In this document: positions 1-13,347 of the stretch, one piece after another
Layout: each line of letters opens with the position of its first letter
Numbering within the stretch: the stretch's first letter is position 1
Assembly: GCA_030167865.1 (NCBI GenBank)
Contig: JALAGF010004655.1
Location: 1-64,000, forward strand
DNA from: Craspedostauros australis
Lineage: Eukaryota
DNA: 64,000 nucleotides
Reading direction: 5' to 3'
Notes under the pieces: generated by a model
The model's database searches: none
Told to the model about the DNA's origin: nothing
Seen by the model: the letters and a program-made list of their open reading frames with translations, nothing else
Program-made: the position numbers and the translations under genes

Positions 1-1591
1 AGAGCTTCTATTGGACAACAAACTGCTGATCTATCTCCATAATACGGTGATCAAGAGGTCTCTGCCATCGACATTGGCAACAGATCCTTGAACAAGCCGT
101 GAATTAGCAGGGACAAAGTGCTTGCGCATCTGTTGCCGGACCTCTGTTGGTGGCAAAGTTGAGACAGAAGAGATGGCAACGAACCTCTCACAACACGAAA
201 CTCCTAAGAGGANAAAGAGGGATGTGTGTTGCGTACAACTCAGAGCACACCCATTAACGATCCTACCATCCTTTGGTCTCAACAAGTGATGCGATAACCT
301 GCAACGAAGCATTCAGATCATATCAGTCTAAAGTCGAACTATATTCTACAGAAGAGAAGCCGATTCAGTCATATTGGTCGTCTTTCTGTTTAGGTCACGA
401 ACGAGTCACGAGTACCAATGTGAAATCCGAACGTGAGTGCCACATGTGACATGAATGGAGGGGTGTGAATGTGAAATGCGATATCCCTCTAATCAACATC
501 CGTTTTGTGTGCTTTTCGATGGGTCATCAGTTGTTGCATCCAAGCACGATTGCTATTTTCTCTTCGTGATCCACGATCTGCACAGAGACTATACCTATCG
601 TGTCGTGTTGGCACCGGTCGGCATTTGCAGCCTAAATACAAAGGTACTCGTTAAGTAATTGTGAACACATCGCCAAAATGTTGAATGTCAACATCGGCGA
701 GAACGTCACAAGAAACACAGACAGAACAACAAGTTCTTGTGTTCCATCACTGGCTCGAAGTGGTCGAGATGCACGCGTTTGCATCTTGGATGAAACGGAC
801 GTATACGCCCGTTAGTTGTTTGTCGAACGAATATTGTTCTCAAGTGGTCCGTCTCTAGCTTCAAGTGTGGGAGAGTAGATTGACTGTGAGATCTTCGTAG
901 AGCATGTGGGACGAGGGTTTGACCTGGAGCAATCATTTCATGATTTCATACAGACACCTCCCTTCATCGTCCACCGAGAGATTGAGATGAAGGTCGTCTT
1001 CGGTGGCGGCCAGATGCGGTTTGGGGCAACTCGCTTCATCGTGGTGGAAGACCACAACAATCGAATTTGTGAGGCTTGACACCTCTTTGTGTCCATGACA
1101 TGTCGCATCATTGACTTTCATATAATATACAATTTAATCAGAGCTGTATATACGTAATATCATTTTGCTTCTGTTGCGACATGTACCAGACATTCCATCC
1201 AGCCTTTATTCACGACTATCGCCAAAGACGAATTGTCGATGATGACGAAATCGCCATCGCTGCGCATCTCACAGAACCAAACAACCTTTGGCGAATTCAA
1301 CCTCGCTCCACTGCTCACCAGAGATCTTCTTTGCCTCTTTACCGCTCTGATGGAGATGGAGGACTCCTTCACCACCAACAGCACTTGAGAGCAAACCGGC
1401 TCGCACTATTCGACGACAAGTTAGTTCATCAGCTCCTCGCTCCCTCAAGATCCGACCGAAGCAAAGCGACGATGAGAACAACGGTTGCGTGAGACACGTA
1501 GCTCGTTACTCTCTACCGACGGATACTCGGCGCACATTCACCATACACTCAACGACCGACGTTGCGACGCTGCGACGGGGACAAGGCAATC

Positions 1592-3016
1592 ATGCCGCAT
1601 ACTTTGATCGAAGCAAGAGACGACGCCGTCGACTGCAAGCCTCACGCCAATGCCTTACCGCAGGAACGGCCGTTCCCTCTGCCACGTTCGGCATCGAGTC
1701 TTGTGACGAAAGATGACGGTGATGCCACAGGCGTGGCAGCTGCATCGGCAACCAAGCTCCAGCAAGGGAACAATGCTTGGAAGCCTGCTGATATCTTCGG
1801 CCAAGTCATGCATTCGATCACGGCTGCGGATGTTGTGTGCGGTCGAGGCAGAGGGGATCATGAGAAATGGCCAGGCACCGTTGTGTATCGCAAGCTTGTG
1901 AGCCAGTACCGCGAGGAGTACAACACCGTGACGACTGGCAAGGCCAGGCCGAAGATGATACAGCAGATCATCATGGAGATCTCCGTTGGCAAGGGTCGCT
2001 TCGTTCAGAAGGTCGCGGGAAACAAGAACAACACCAACACAAAGAAACAGACCAAAGGGGAGAAGCAGGAGATCAAACGCGAGAGCAACAGGAAATGCGA
2101 TGGGCAGTTGGCAAACAGTGCACAGCATGGAGATGGGTCATGTGAGCAGAGAGATCCTGCTACGGATCAGCAGGAAGATACATGGATCGTTCTACCCTAC
2201 GACAAGGTTCGAAAGAAGGTGTCCGACGATCTGCGACGAGCAATCCGGCGTGAACGTGTCAAGATCTACCACCAAGTGGTTGCGGATGAAGGCAGCCACC
2301 CTCACAATGTCATGGAACGGATAGCCCGACGAAAGGAGGCTCGAGTGTCGATGGTGGGGCATTCCCCCGCAGTCAGTGCAAATGAGGGAGCAGACTTGCC
2401 ATCTATTGCAGAAGAGCGCCAACCAAAGTCTACAACAACCAAGACATCATCCGCCCAAATGGCCGCGAATCAACAGCTCAGAGCGATGGCAAATCCACTC
2501 GTTTGGCCAAATCACGTCGCAAACAACAACACAAGTCTGCCTTTGCATCATGCGTCATCGTCACACCTTTCAATTGGGGCAGCATTGCAGCAATCCTCCG
2601 CTTGGTCTGCATCAGCAATCGCATCCATGCCATTGGCAACATCGGGAGTCAATCTCCACACCAACCGATCATCTAGCAACGCGCAAGCGCCGCCGTCGGG
2701 GTTATGGGATTCTTTGCTTTGCCAGGCCAACTTGATGAAGTCTTTGCAACAACAACAGCATCAACAGTATCTCCAAGCACAGCTGACGCAACTTGTCCAA
2801 CCGCAACGATCCACAAGTAATGCGCACGTGCGCTCCATCGAACAAACCCAATTCGCTTCTACGTCTCCAATGACACTGGCCACGCCAACCAAGTCGACGG
2901 CAGGTGCGACTTTAGCTTCGGCTGGAATGACCAACAGCAGAAGCCAGCACGAGCAATCGCAATCGGTGGCAACATCTGAAGGCCGTGACACTGCACAAGC
3001 CTACGTGCGGGAGTGA
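1592..3016 (+). CDS. DUF6824-domain protein with long Q/S/A-rich low-complexity tail (putative transcriptional regulator)
   Basis: Motifs DVVCGRG..PGTVVYRKLV..Y..MIQQII..GRFV..W..KVRKKVSDDLR are typical of diatom DUF6824 proteins. First in-frame ATG at 1592; no intron needed. Confidence 0.75.
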   Translation: MPHTLIEARDDAVDCKPHANALPQERPFPLPRSASSLVTKDDGDATGVAAASATKLQQGNNAWKPADIFGQVMHSITAADVVCGRGRGDHEKWPGTVVYRKLVSQYREEYNTVTTGKARPKMIQQIIMEISVGKGRFVQKVAGNKNNTNTKKQTKGEKQEIKRESNRKCDGQLANSAQHGDGSCEQRDPATDQQEDTWIVLPYDKVRKKVSDDLRRAIRRERVKIYHQVVADEGSHPHNVMERIARRKEARVSMVGHSPAVSANEGADLPSIAEERQPKSTTTKTSSAQMAANQQLRAMANPLVWPNHVANNNTSLPLHHASSSHLSIGAALQQSSAWSASAIASMPLATSGVNLHTNRSSSNAQAPPSGLWDSLLCQANLMKSLQQQQHQQYLQAQLTQLVQPQRSTSNAHVRSIEQTQFASTSPMTLATPTKSTAGATLASAGMTNSRSQHEQSQSVATSEGRDTAQAYVRE

Positions 3017-3769
3017 GTGAGGGTGCACGGTGCAGGGTGCACGACGAAGATGCCTATCAATAAAACCTGACAGAGTTGTGCATTGGAACGCACGATGCTC
3101 CACATCAATACGGCCATGGCCGGAACAATTAATAGAGAATAATACTTCAGAAAAATCTATTATATGATACTCTATCATGTGTCGCACTGATTGCACCAAC
3201 CATCATCTTCACGAGGCTTGTCAATGAATGTGAAAGCACTGTTGGCCGGATAGCTGGTGAATCAATCCGTGTTGGTGTCAATTGCTGACCAAAGATACTC
3301 ACGCGTTGCCAAGAAAGAGAGGTATCACACCACACAATCTTTTCGCACCATCCTCCAGTGAAGATCCATCACTCGGAAGAATCTTCGAGAACAAATTGGA
3401 GAGTTTCCCGCTTCATGCCCACGTTCGATGATGTTCATCCTGCTTGAGCTGAATCCGCCAAAGAGATTTCTCATCGCCATGACACAAGCAACCCAAAGCG
3501 ATGGAAGGCAAGGAAGACAACGAGGGCAAGGAGGGCAGATGGACATCACGAACTGCCCCCTCCCTTTCCTTCTGCTCACAAATATTCACTCAATAGAACG
3601 TAAACACAAACACAAGCTCCCTCCTCACAATCCACGGAATCCACGAAATCAACACTCTCGACATCCCACGATCTGCCGGTTCCGATAATCACACATATAG
3701 CACAGGACTGCTCTGACATACTCTGCCATACTCCACCATACGTACTCTGCTCACTCCAAACAGAAGACC

Positions 3770-4519
3770 ATGCCGACCACAGCAACAGCCACTGCAACCA
3801 CAGAGGCACAGCCAGATCAGATGCCTCCGCTGGAGTCGCTGGAATGGTTCCAAGGATCTCCGCAGGATCTCAACCAAGCCACAAGCGACAACAATGACAA
3901 TGACATCAGACTCAAGGTGGCGCTGCTCATCCAACCGAACTGCCCGGGATGCCACACGCATTCCATCCCCCTCGCCAACGAATTGTTCCGAATCCCAACC
4001 ACAGCCAACGACGACGATACTGCGACGACCCGCGATTGGGACATCTACTGCGTATCCACCGCGTTCGAAGACTTTGAGTTCAACACGCCGGACGCATTGC
4101 GCAGCCTGTTGGCGGGTGAGACCGTGGGCGTCGTGCGCCGTCGCATGGGACCCGATGCGCCGCATGTGCCCTTGATGCCGGTCGCGCACGATCATGTCGT
4201 CAGCAAGGAGGATGCGTCGCCGGATCTGCTCAAGCTGGCCGTCCAAGCCATGCGCAAGCAGGCGTTGGACCAGATGCAGCGCGGCAGGATGTCGCCCGTG
4301 TTCATCCAAGAAGCGATGACCAAGTTTGACAAGCGCATGCTTCCGCACAAGATCGGCCATGTCTTCTACGCGGCGAGGGCGGAAGGGACACCGACATGGG
4401 TGATTCACAAACCGGATGGCAAGATTTTGGATGTTGCATTCGGAAATTATTCCAAGGAGGAGCTCCTGCAATGGATAGACACCACCAAGCAAGCCGCACA
4501 GGCCACACAGAATACATAA
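3770..4519 (+). CDS. Thioredoxin-fold redoxin (TlpA/peroxiredoxin-like, CPGC)
   Basis: QPNCPGC CxxC motif, STAFEDFEFNT, and GTPTWVI cis-Pro motif; strong coding codon bias; intronless. Confidence 0.75.
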   Translation: MPTTATATATTEAQPDQMPPLESLEWFQGSPQDLNQATSDNNDNDIRLKVALLIQPNCPGCHTHSIPLANELFRIPTTANDDDTATTRDWDIYCVSTAFEDFEFNTPDALRSLLAGETVGVVRRRMGPDAPHVPLMPVAHDHVVSKEDASPDLLKLAVQAMRKQALDQMQRGRMSPVFIQEAMTKFDKRMLPHKIGHVFYAARAEGTPTWVIHKPDGKILDVAFGNYSKEELLQWIDTTKQAAQATQNT

Positions 4520-4978
4520 GAATAGAGTGGAATAATACGTACCTACAATAGATTGATTGATTGATTCATAGTGCGCTGCCACTACTATATGCGTTTGTTG
4601 CGATCGTACGCATTTCGAGAAGGATGAGACTAGAACGGATGCCTTCCACACACACCTTGCATAGCATGAAGTCAACTGCGACGCCACCGCAACCCAAATA
4701 TTCTTTTGCAATAGCACATGGCACCCGTATACGTACATGTCGACGAATGACTCGTACTCCTCCCTCGCAAGCCACGCGACTACAAAAGATGGGGGACAGT
4801 ACACTTTAATCATTTTTATTCGTTATTCGTTTTGGTCTCCATTCGTTGGATACTTACATATGCATGAAGACCAGGCCAGCCCAAGGGAAGTTGCTGTTCG
4901 TTGCATGCGTGCTCCCTGTCCTTGGATGCGGAGCTGATCTTCTCCTTGTATTTCTATCGTTTGCGGTCGCCGTGCAAA

Positions 4979-7900
4979 TCATCGCTGCAGCGTTGGGCTG
5001 ACCAAGAAGCTCGGTGCTGCAGGCGGAGGGGCAATGAGGCCAACGATTCCGGACCCGCGGCGCGATGATGTGACGCTGGTTGCCATGCGGCTCTGCTGCA
5101 TCATGAGCTGATCGACCTCGTTGATCCGCACGGCGAATCCATCCACGTATTCCTCCAGGATTTTGCGGTCGGACTTGGTGATGCTCTGCTCCATCATCAA
5201 CGTTTCGATCAGAAGTCCGGCGGATCTGTAGCAGGATCGCGCCGCCTCGTGCTGTCCTAGCAACTGTTTGACGGCACCTTCTCGGCCGCACGCGAGAGAG
5301 TGATTGTAGATGAGTTCCTCGATTCCCATGGGGGTCGTGGCTGGCACCGACCTGTTGCTTGCCGCCATTTGCATCTTGTTGATTTCGGTTTGCGATGCAT
5401 CTGCGCGCTCCAGCACCCCCTTGAATTGCCCAGACAACCACTGCGTCGTGACTTCACACCGCTTCATCAACTGCGCAAAGTCGGTGGGTGGCGGTGACGA
5501 CGACGCTGGCGAAGACTGTGGAGCCGGCGGTGCCACGTTCTGGTTGCCCATCTGCGCGGAAAGGATTTCGTACTCCTTGCCGACCTTCTGTGCACCGCTC
5601 ACGGCGCTCTTGATCATCCGGAGAGCTTTGAGGTAGCACGACAACGCCTCGGCGAAGTGCGCCCGGATGGAGCTCGGGGTGGCCTTCGCCTGGGGTGGCT
5701 TGCTGTTGGCTGGTTTCGACGTGCTGTACATGGAATGGCTCTGTCGCGAAGGCAGCGAGACCGGGGCGGCTTCAGGACCGATAGCGAATGGCATCTCCTC
5801 TGCCTCTTCATCGACGATCTTTTTCGCATCCGCCATGGCTCTCTCCGATATCGATGATCGCCGGCGCGTGGATGACATGACCTCCGTCGAGCTGGATCCT
5901 TTGCTTCCGTTCTCGGAGTCATCATCGTCACCCGTGGCGTTCTTGTTGTCGTCGTTGCGCATGTTGCCTCTGCTTCTGCTGCCGCTATCGCTGACGTTTC
6001 CGTTGCTGCTGCCTCTGATATTGGCGGCGCCTGCATCCGCCGGTTCCTCGATGACACCCTCCATCGGCATGGAGGAGAGCATCGATGAGCTTTCGCCGCC
6101 AGACACGAGGAGACGCATGGCCAGGAAGGCTCGGGTGTCTCCAAGATGCGCCACGCTGATGGCACGGCGGCCCACATCTTCTGCTGTTGCCAGAAGCTTG
6201 TTCGCAGTTGCGAGCTGTATGTCCAACCTGGGCGGGCTGGTGCTGCTGGTTGGTGACGATGGTGTGTATCCCAAGCGTTGCGGCATGCGGCCCACCAATC
6301 CCATGAGCAACCCGCCTGTGCCGGGGCTGGTGCTGAGGATGCCCCTGCTGACGTTGCCCTGGTTGGACGGTGGCACCGAGTATTCGGCACGGCCTGACAC
6401 GACCGCCGGTGTGTTCATCATGTAGCGTGCAGGAGCGTTCGATCCGGCGTTGGCATCCATCATGCGGCGGTTTGGAATGAGCATGCCCTGTTGCTGATGC
6501 GGGACAGTCATCGCGATGCCCGATCCATCCAGCTGCGTTGCGAAGGGGTCATTTCTGGGAGCGATGTCTCGGTCCACCATCACAAAGCTGCCTTCATCCG
6601 CGGCTGGCGCGGGTGCACCGGCAGGCATTTGCGAGAACTCCACCCGTGGCAAGGCATTCATTGGCAGTCTCGCGCCCTGAGCTTGCCAGGCAGACACACC
6701 AGCGCTTTGCGGTGGAAGGCTTGGGATTGTGGGTATCCGCACATTGGAAAACACAGACGGGACGCTGCCCGGTGGGCTAGGCTGCAGGGGAGTCAATCGA
6801 TTGCGCTGGTTCGGCGGTATGTGGTGCATGTTGGGCGGGTATCCTGGCTGGCTGATGAACGGTGCTGGCGTTGCTGCTGGTTGTTGCTGCGGCACAACAT
6901 GGCGCACGAGAGGTGCCTGCGATGTGTTTGGCACTTGCGTAGGTGTGGATTGCGGGACGTACAACTGGTGGTGCTGTTGTTGTTGGTGCTGGAGATGTGG
7001 GTGGTGGTGATGCTGTTGCTGTGGCATTGGTTGTGCCGTGGTGGCCACCGTCATGAGACTATCCGAACCTGACGCGCCGTCGTCTTCTGGGATGGTTCCA
7101 AGGTCCTTCGCAGCAGGTGGATTGGAGGGCGACGAGGATGATGGAGCGATGGTCTTGCGACAAGTTCCCGTATCTGTCGTGGCCACTCCCTTGCAACCGA
7201 GCGCAACGAAGGCATCGGCCGCCTCGAAGAACTCCTTGAAGCCTGCGCGGCTCAAGGGGTTGCGATTGAGCAGGACGCGGAGGATATTGACGCAGGGCTT
7301 GGTAACTCGCACATCTTTGGGCAATCGCACCGAGTTCCTTTGGATGTTTCGCAGAAGGTCGATGTGATTCTCGCCGTTGAACGGTGGCTTTCCAGTTATC
7401 ATTTCGAAGAGCACGGTGCCGACGCTCCACAGGTCCGCCTTTGCGTCGTATCTGCGCAGCTCAGGAGAGAAGAAAACAGCAACGAGAAAGAGAAAGGACG
7501 TGATGCATGATGTGAGTTGTTCGTGCAATTGTTCGTTGGTTCATTCTCTGTCACAAGCAATGGTGTGTTGTGATGGGATGCAGATGAGAACCCATGAAAT
7601 TGAGCGGCGCTCATTGATGATGTGATGGCGAATGATGGGGTACGTACCTGTGATGTTGCAGAATTTCTGGTGCCATGTAGAGGGGTGATCCGCAGAGGGT
7701 TTCCGCAAGCGAGGCGGATTGCAGATGCCTGGCGAATCCAAAGTCAGCGATTTTGAGAGAAAATTGAGCGGAGGGGAAGTTCGCCTGTCGACGCAGCTCT
7801 TCCGCCTGCGGCGTGCGTTCCGGGTCGTTGAGCTCATCGAGGGGCAGGGCGCCCGTGAGGAGCAGGTTCTGCGGTTTGATGTCGCGGTGGATCAATTCCT

Positions 7901-8402
7901 GTCCCCAGAGAAACTTCAATCCGGAGGCCAAATCTCTGGTGAGTCTGCGCGTTAGGCCTTCGCTGAGGCGACCGGCCTTTCTGGTGCGGATGAGACGCTG
8001 CACATCGCCGCCGCCGCAGTACTCGAGGATGAGATAGAAATGGCGCTCCGTCTTCTGCACGTTGTGCATGCACACGATGTTGGGATGGCGGTAGCTGCGG
8101 AGGATGGAGATCTCGATTTCCAAGTTTTGCAGCACCTTCTTTGTGAGCTTTTCGGACGTTCGCGTGATGGCCTTGATGGCGACGGTTGTGGGTCCTTCGT
8201 CAGCGCTGCTTCCATCCTGCTGTTGATGCTGATGCTGCGTGGGCATCTTAATCCCCTTGTACACTGTGGCGAAGGATCCGGAACCCAGCTTTTGCTGCAG
8301 CGCGTATCCGTCCACCATCTTGATGCGGGTGTTCGTCGCGTGCTGTTGCTGCTGATGCTGTTGCTGCTGCATGGCAGCGTATGAATTTGGTGGGAGGCTC
8401 AT
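4979..8402 (-). CDS. ATG1: ATG1/ULK serine/threonine kinase; 2 exons (8402-7648, 7451-4979), intron 7647-7452
   Basis: GSGSFATV, VAIK, HRDIKPQNLLL, DFGFAR, TLCGSPLYMAPE; GT..AG splice joins HH-R-YDAKADLWS. LIR-like DEGSFVMV and C-terminal MIT/EAT-like helices (EELIYNHSL..GREGAV). Confidence 0.93.
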
Positions 8403-11400
8403 GCTTGCGTTTGTCTGAGTTGCGCGTCTCGGTGTGAAGTTGAGGTTCCGTTGTTTTGTGACTGTGGTGTATTGTATGTCCGGCAAGACTATACTCGCCG
8501 CAAGAGTGCGAGCTATTCGTGATCTGGCTCCACAATGTTCTGTTCTGTTGTTTTCTATCTTGTGCTGTTTTGTGTTGTGCTGTTTTGTGCTGTTCTGCAG
8601 TGTTGTCTGCAAAAGACACCAAAACTATTTGTTCTTTTCGCGCTGTCTGTCTGCCTGTTTGCTTGCTTGCCTACTTGCTTGCTTCGAACCGCTTCAGATG
8701 AATTCAGAAGGGGGCGACTTGTGCTGCTGCTATTGTTGCGATCGTGGCTGGTGAGGGTGGAAGTTATGGCTGCTGCTTATGAATCCAGTTCCACGCATGG
8801 GCAATTCTGATCGTTGATTGATTGCGGTTGTGATTGTGGTCGTGCTTCTCTTTGCGTCTGATTTGTGCTTTGACTTGTGCTTTGATTTGTGGAGAAAGGC
8901 GAGGAAAACATGCCAAGCCCAGAGGATGCGATGTGGCACGGCTGATTCGTTCTGCCTCTCTTGGGTTCCAGATTGTGCTGTTGTTGTTGATGTTGGTAAT
9001 GTTGCCGTGCTGGTGTACGCTACAAGGTTGTTGCTCTGTTTCTGTCGTGGTTTGCTGTTCTGCTTGTTATTCTTCTTGCTGTTCTTCTTGCTGTTTGTGT
9101 TGCTTCTGTTCTTTGGTGATGATAATGGTGATAATGGAGATGACGGTGATGATAATGGTGTTGATGAGGGTGTTGATGATGGTGTTGATGAGGGTGATGA
9201 TAGCGAGAGTGGTGGTGGGAATGTTCAAACGTGGTGTGGTTGCGATAGAACCATGAAGAAGAATTTGATGTTTGTGAACATGAGCACGACCAACGAGTGC
9301 AATAGTGTTGATCTGGGCAACTGCGAGTCTGAGTCTGAGACTTGGACTTGGGCTTCAGAGCATGAATGAAGGGCGCTTGGGTGGCCGTCGTTGCCTGTCT
9401 CCTGAATCGTTTGTTCCTTCAAGGGAGAGTTTCCAGACCATCGACGCGGCCTCATTTCTCGTGTTCTGCTCTCTCCTCTTGCCTCCCGCAGACACATCGT
9501 CCCCAACCACAACGAGAAGCATCAACATCAACAACGCCGGCGACAACCCCAATCATGCGACACGGCGAAAACAAAGAACCCACGAAGGAGACCGAAGTTC
9601 AAACCTGTGCCGTCGTCTTGCTGGCTTCCTCCGCCTTCTTCTTCGCAAGGTCGCCGTCACACGGCCAACAAGAACAACGACAGAATTCGCGCAATCTGAC
9701 ACGTTTCAATTCATGCAACCCGACGCCGTGTTGTGATTGACCTGATTCTGGCGTCAGTGTCAGATATCCCCAGCACTGGTGGCAACTCTTCAGCACTATT
9801 GACACAATGTGTACACAACTGTTTCGGGAACACGCTGAGGTGAAACCGAATCGAAAATTGCACGCATCGAGCCAGCATCTCCAAAGGTATCTTTCAGGAA
9901 TAGCCTATTCGGCGATCCACGTCGTGAATGTGTCGTGTCAGACACATGAAGAAGCAATGTGTCACAACAATTCCCACGTTCAATACACGGGAGTGACTTT
10001 TTCATTCACTCTTCCTTCTTTCTTCTTTCCTCTGTCTCTTTGTGTCAACGGCATCAACAACGTTGCAACTGCGCGACGAGTGCAAGTACAGCCGGGCGGC
10101 TTCTTCTTCCGCTCTTCCATCACAATCGAGTGCAAAGTCGTACCATGCGCAGATCGTCCACTTCAATGTGCCGCACGCGCTGCCATCACTTTCCATCCCG
10201 TTGTGATGAAGATGCTGCCATCACAGGAGGAGATGTCGTGACAGAATTTTGAAAGTGGTCGTGAACCAAGAAGCAAAATTCATGGAGGGTCTGCCCTTTT
10301 TCTGTTCACTTTGTCACCTTGGTTGATGCTGAAGATGCTATCTTGTCACGTGTGAAATGGAGGTGATGGCGATCTTGTTGATGTCTTGCTGTCATCTTCC
10401 TTCAACATCTCCACAATTCCACGTCGCCATCAGCGGTACAGAGCAAACTAAGGCAAGGTAAGCCGAACCAAACCAAATCAGAACAGACAGAACAGATACC
10501 ATTCGTCAGTCAAATCGCCAGAGTGAGTTGTCACAAAGCGCAACGAGACAGAAGAAAAAGTGATTCTGCGCTGGACCAAAAAGATGCGGAAGCGAAAAGT
10601 CGGTGTCTGATGTCACTCATTCGTGCCCAATCGGAACGCGGATTCTTGTTCTGACGAATGTATTCGAAATTCCGCAACGTTGCTGTTCTGCAGAATCTCG
10701 CAGGATACCTTTCTCGCTCGGAACGGAAGATGGAAGAGAAGGAACCCCCACGCACCCACGCACCCAGCCACTCGGCCGACCAGCAAAGACAGAGACGAAG
10801 ATAGAGAGGAGGGGGAGTTGAGGAATCACCACATTGCGTCATGAAGGCTCCAGTCCACCTTTCGCAGACGCGGCGAAACCGAAGCGCTGATGGGCAATGA
10901 GGAGAACGACGATGAGAACGGAGGCGTTCCGAGCGGGAGCAATTTCCAACAAGGCCGTGTCAAGAGTTGCGGTGATGTGGCAACGCAACGATGCCACACT
11001 GTTTCCAACTGCTCCACGCACGCTGACGATCTACTTGTATTAATACACATGCCCGTACAGCCATCATCCAGTCGGTCAATGCGAACGCATTTGCCTCAGA
11101 TGGCCCTCTCTTTTCGCAGTTGTGTCATCTCTTGTCTCTACCTTTGACATCAATCGTCCGAGCTGCAATGAGAGCGCGGACAGGGCGCAGGGATTTGATC
11201 TGTTCCCCTTCCCTCCCTGTATCCGAAGATACTTCAACCCTTGTCGAGAAGGCATCAAGTGGAATGATTGCACGCGAGAGGAAAAGAGGAGCTTGATTGC
11301 GTCGAGAGTGCCCGGTAGTCGTGATCGCGATTGCAATGTGCATCACATGACGCACTCTTCAGATGAGATGTCTCTTGTTTGACCATCAGGGAGCCCAGGC

Positions 11401-11440
11401 AAAATCAACAAGAAGTAATGCGATACTCTCTCGATGGTAG

Positions 11441-11442
11441 AG

Positions 11443-11477
<35 letters not shown>
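11441..11477. repeat. Compound (AC)n(AG)n microsatellite
   Basis: Directly visible. Confidence 0.9.
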
Positions 11478-11816
11478 AGTAGTATGACACTGCATCAAAG
11501 AAGGTGTAGGTACCTATTCTACGAGCTATGCATGGCGTGCATACCATGGTGATAGTAGTCCACTACTCTGTCTGTCTCTCTCTCTCTCAAGAAATGATTC
11601 TCCTGCGATGCCATGTTCGTGGAATCTACAATCCGTGGATAATGGTACCACACAACACATGCTGCGCAATGGCATGATGGTCTGAAAAAAGAGAAATACA
11701 TACTCTGCGTTCATCACCGGCAATGTGCGTCAACCACGCACCCGCAACAATGGCGCATGCTGGTGCTCCTGTTCGAAGGTGTCATGTAATACTATCACGA
11801 CAGCACATGCTCTGAT

Positions 11817-12860
11817 TTACTCCAGCATGTCCATGAATTCGTCATTCTCATCCAATTCCAAGCAAATGTCCAGACCGCCGACCAGATCTCCGTTGACGTA
11901 CAGCTGCGGGAAGGTGGGCCACTTGGAGAACTCCTTGAGACCCTGGCGCACCTCCTCATCCTCCAGAATGTCGAATGCATCGAAGGCGATCTTTTTGGAT
12001 TCGAGGAGCTCCACGATCTTGCGGGAGAAGCCGCATTTCGGAGCCGACGGAAGGCCTTTCATGAAGAGCATGACCTTGTGCTGCTTCGTCAGTTTCTCGA
12101 GCCTCTGCTGGAGCGTCTCGACCGTGCTGCCATCCGTCTGGGGAACCTCCCACTGCTCGGCAAGCGGGCCATCTTCGATCATCTCCTTGACGATGTCCAG
12201 CCCGCCCACCAGCTCGCCCTTGACGTAGAACTGCGGGTAGGTCGGCCAGTCGGAATGCTTCTTGAGTCCCTGACGCACCGTGTCGTCCGAGAGGATGTCG
12301 AAGCTCCCGAACGCCACCTTCTGCTCCTCCAGCAGCTCCACAGCCTGCCGCGAGAACCCGCAGCGCGGCGCATCGGGCTTGCCCTTCATGAAGAGCATGA
12401 CCTGATCTCCGCGGATGAGACGATCCAACCGATCCGACAGCGATTCCTGCTGCGAGGCTGCGCCGTCCGCTGCTGACGATGACGATGCGACGCCGCCGGC
12501 TCCCGTCGCAACGCATTGCGTGATGAGGCGCTGCACGCCCAGCGTGACCAGGGACGGGTCGGCCACGCCCTCGAAGCTCTCAAAGACGGAACCATCCGCG
12601 GCCAGGGCGACGACCGTGGGGACGACGGAGACGCCGTATCGTTCGGCAACTTCCGAAACGTCCTCCGCCTCCAGGCTTCCAAAGTACATGGCAGCTGGGT
12701 CCTCGGCCGTGGAGGCCAGCGCATCCAGCACCTGCTCCAGCGGTGGGCATGCTTCATGCCAGGCTGCGCCGAACAGCAGCACGGCCTTCTTGCCCTTCCA
12801 TGGGAACTCCGCTGGTTTGCTGTTGGAAATGCCAGCGGCATTCACCTTTTGCAGGCTCAT
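11817..12860 (-). CDS. GRX3: Multidomain monothiol glutaredoxin (Trx + 2 Grx; GRX3/PICOT/GRXS17 type)
   Basis: N-terminal Trx-like WHEAC; two LFMKG..P.CGFS..WPT(Y/F)PQ..GGLD domains. Confidence 0.95.
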   Translation of the reverse strand: MSLQKVNAAGISNSKPAEFPWKGKKAVLLFGAAWHEACPPLEQVLDALASTAEDPAAMYFGSLEAEDVSEVAERYGVSVVPTVVALAADGSVFESFEGVADPSLVTLGVQRLITQCVATGAGGVASSSSAADGAASQQESLSDRLDRLIRGDQVMLFMKGKPDAPRCGFSRQAVELLEEQKVAFGSFDILSDDTVRQGLKKHSDWPTYPQFYVKGELVGGLDIVKEMIEDGPLAEQWEVPQTDGSTVETLQQRLEKLTKQHKVMLFMKGLPSAPKCGFSRKIVELLESKKIAFDAFDILEDEEVRQGLKEFSKWPTFPQLYVNGDLVGGLDICLELDENDEFMDMLE

Positions 12861-13347
12861 GGTCTCTGATCTATTATTTTATAGAATAGAATAGTAGAAT
12901 ATCTTTGTATCTTTGTATATTTACATGCAGTGTGATGCGTTCGAGTATAGTGTGTTGTCATGCGTGCGACGCGGCTTGATGATTATGAACATGTGTGATG
13001 CTGACAACACCGTCCTCCACACCAATGTTGGGCTCGGTTTGGGCCATCTGCGGAAGCACGAAGGTGTTCGAATGGGTTCGGGTTTGATCTGCCTGTCGAA
13101 GTACAGACGCTGCGGTCACCCATTTTGGCGCCACAAACGTGACGCCGCTGCAGACACCAAAGAAGCAACACATACATCTTCGTTGGCCTCTGCCTCGTGT
13201 CAGCACAGACGTTGTTGATGCCCATCAGACTTTCCTTCTGCGAACGAAGACAAAGAGGAATGATACCGAGGAAATCCTATCCTATTATACAATACTCGGA
13301 CCACTCTTTCTCAACGCACATCAAATACCAGCCAAGCTGCAGCAGCC

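Noticed and set aside
1-1500. Possible decayed coding or transposon remnants (also 9400-10450, 26000-27400, 40560-41200)
   Set aside because: Stop-riddled frames with no recognisable RT, integrase, transposase or other motif; a homology search would be needed.
8430-9370. ORFs rich in L/F/C/D upstream of ATG1
   Set aside because: Produced by simple repeats (TGT/TGC/GAT) in a probable long UTR or promoter; no coding signature.
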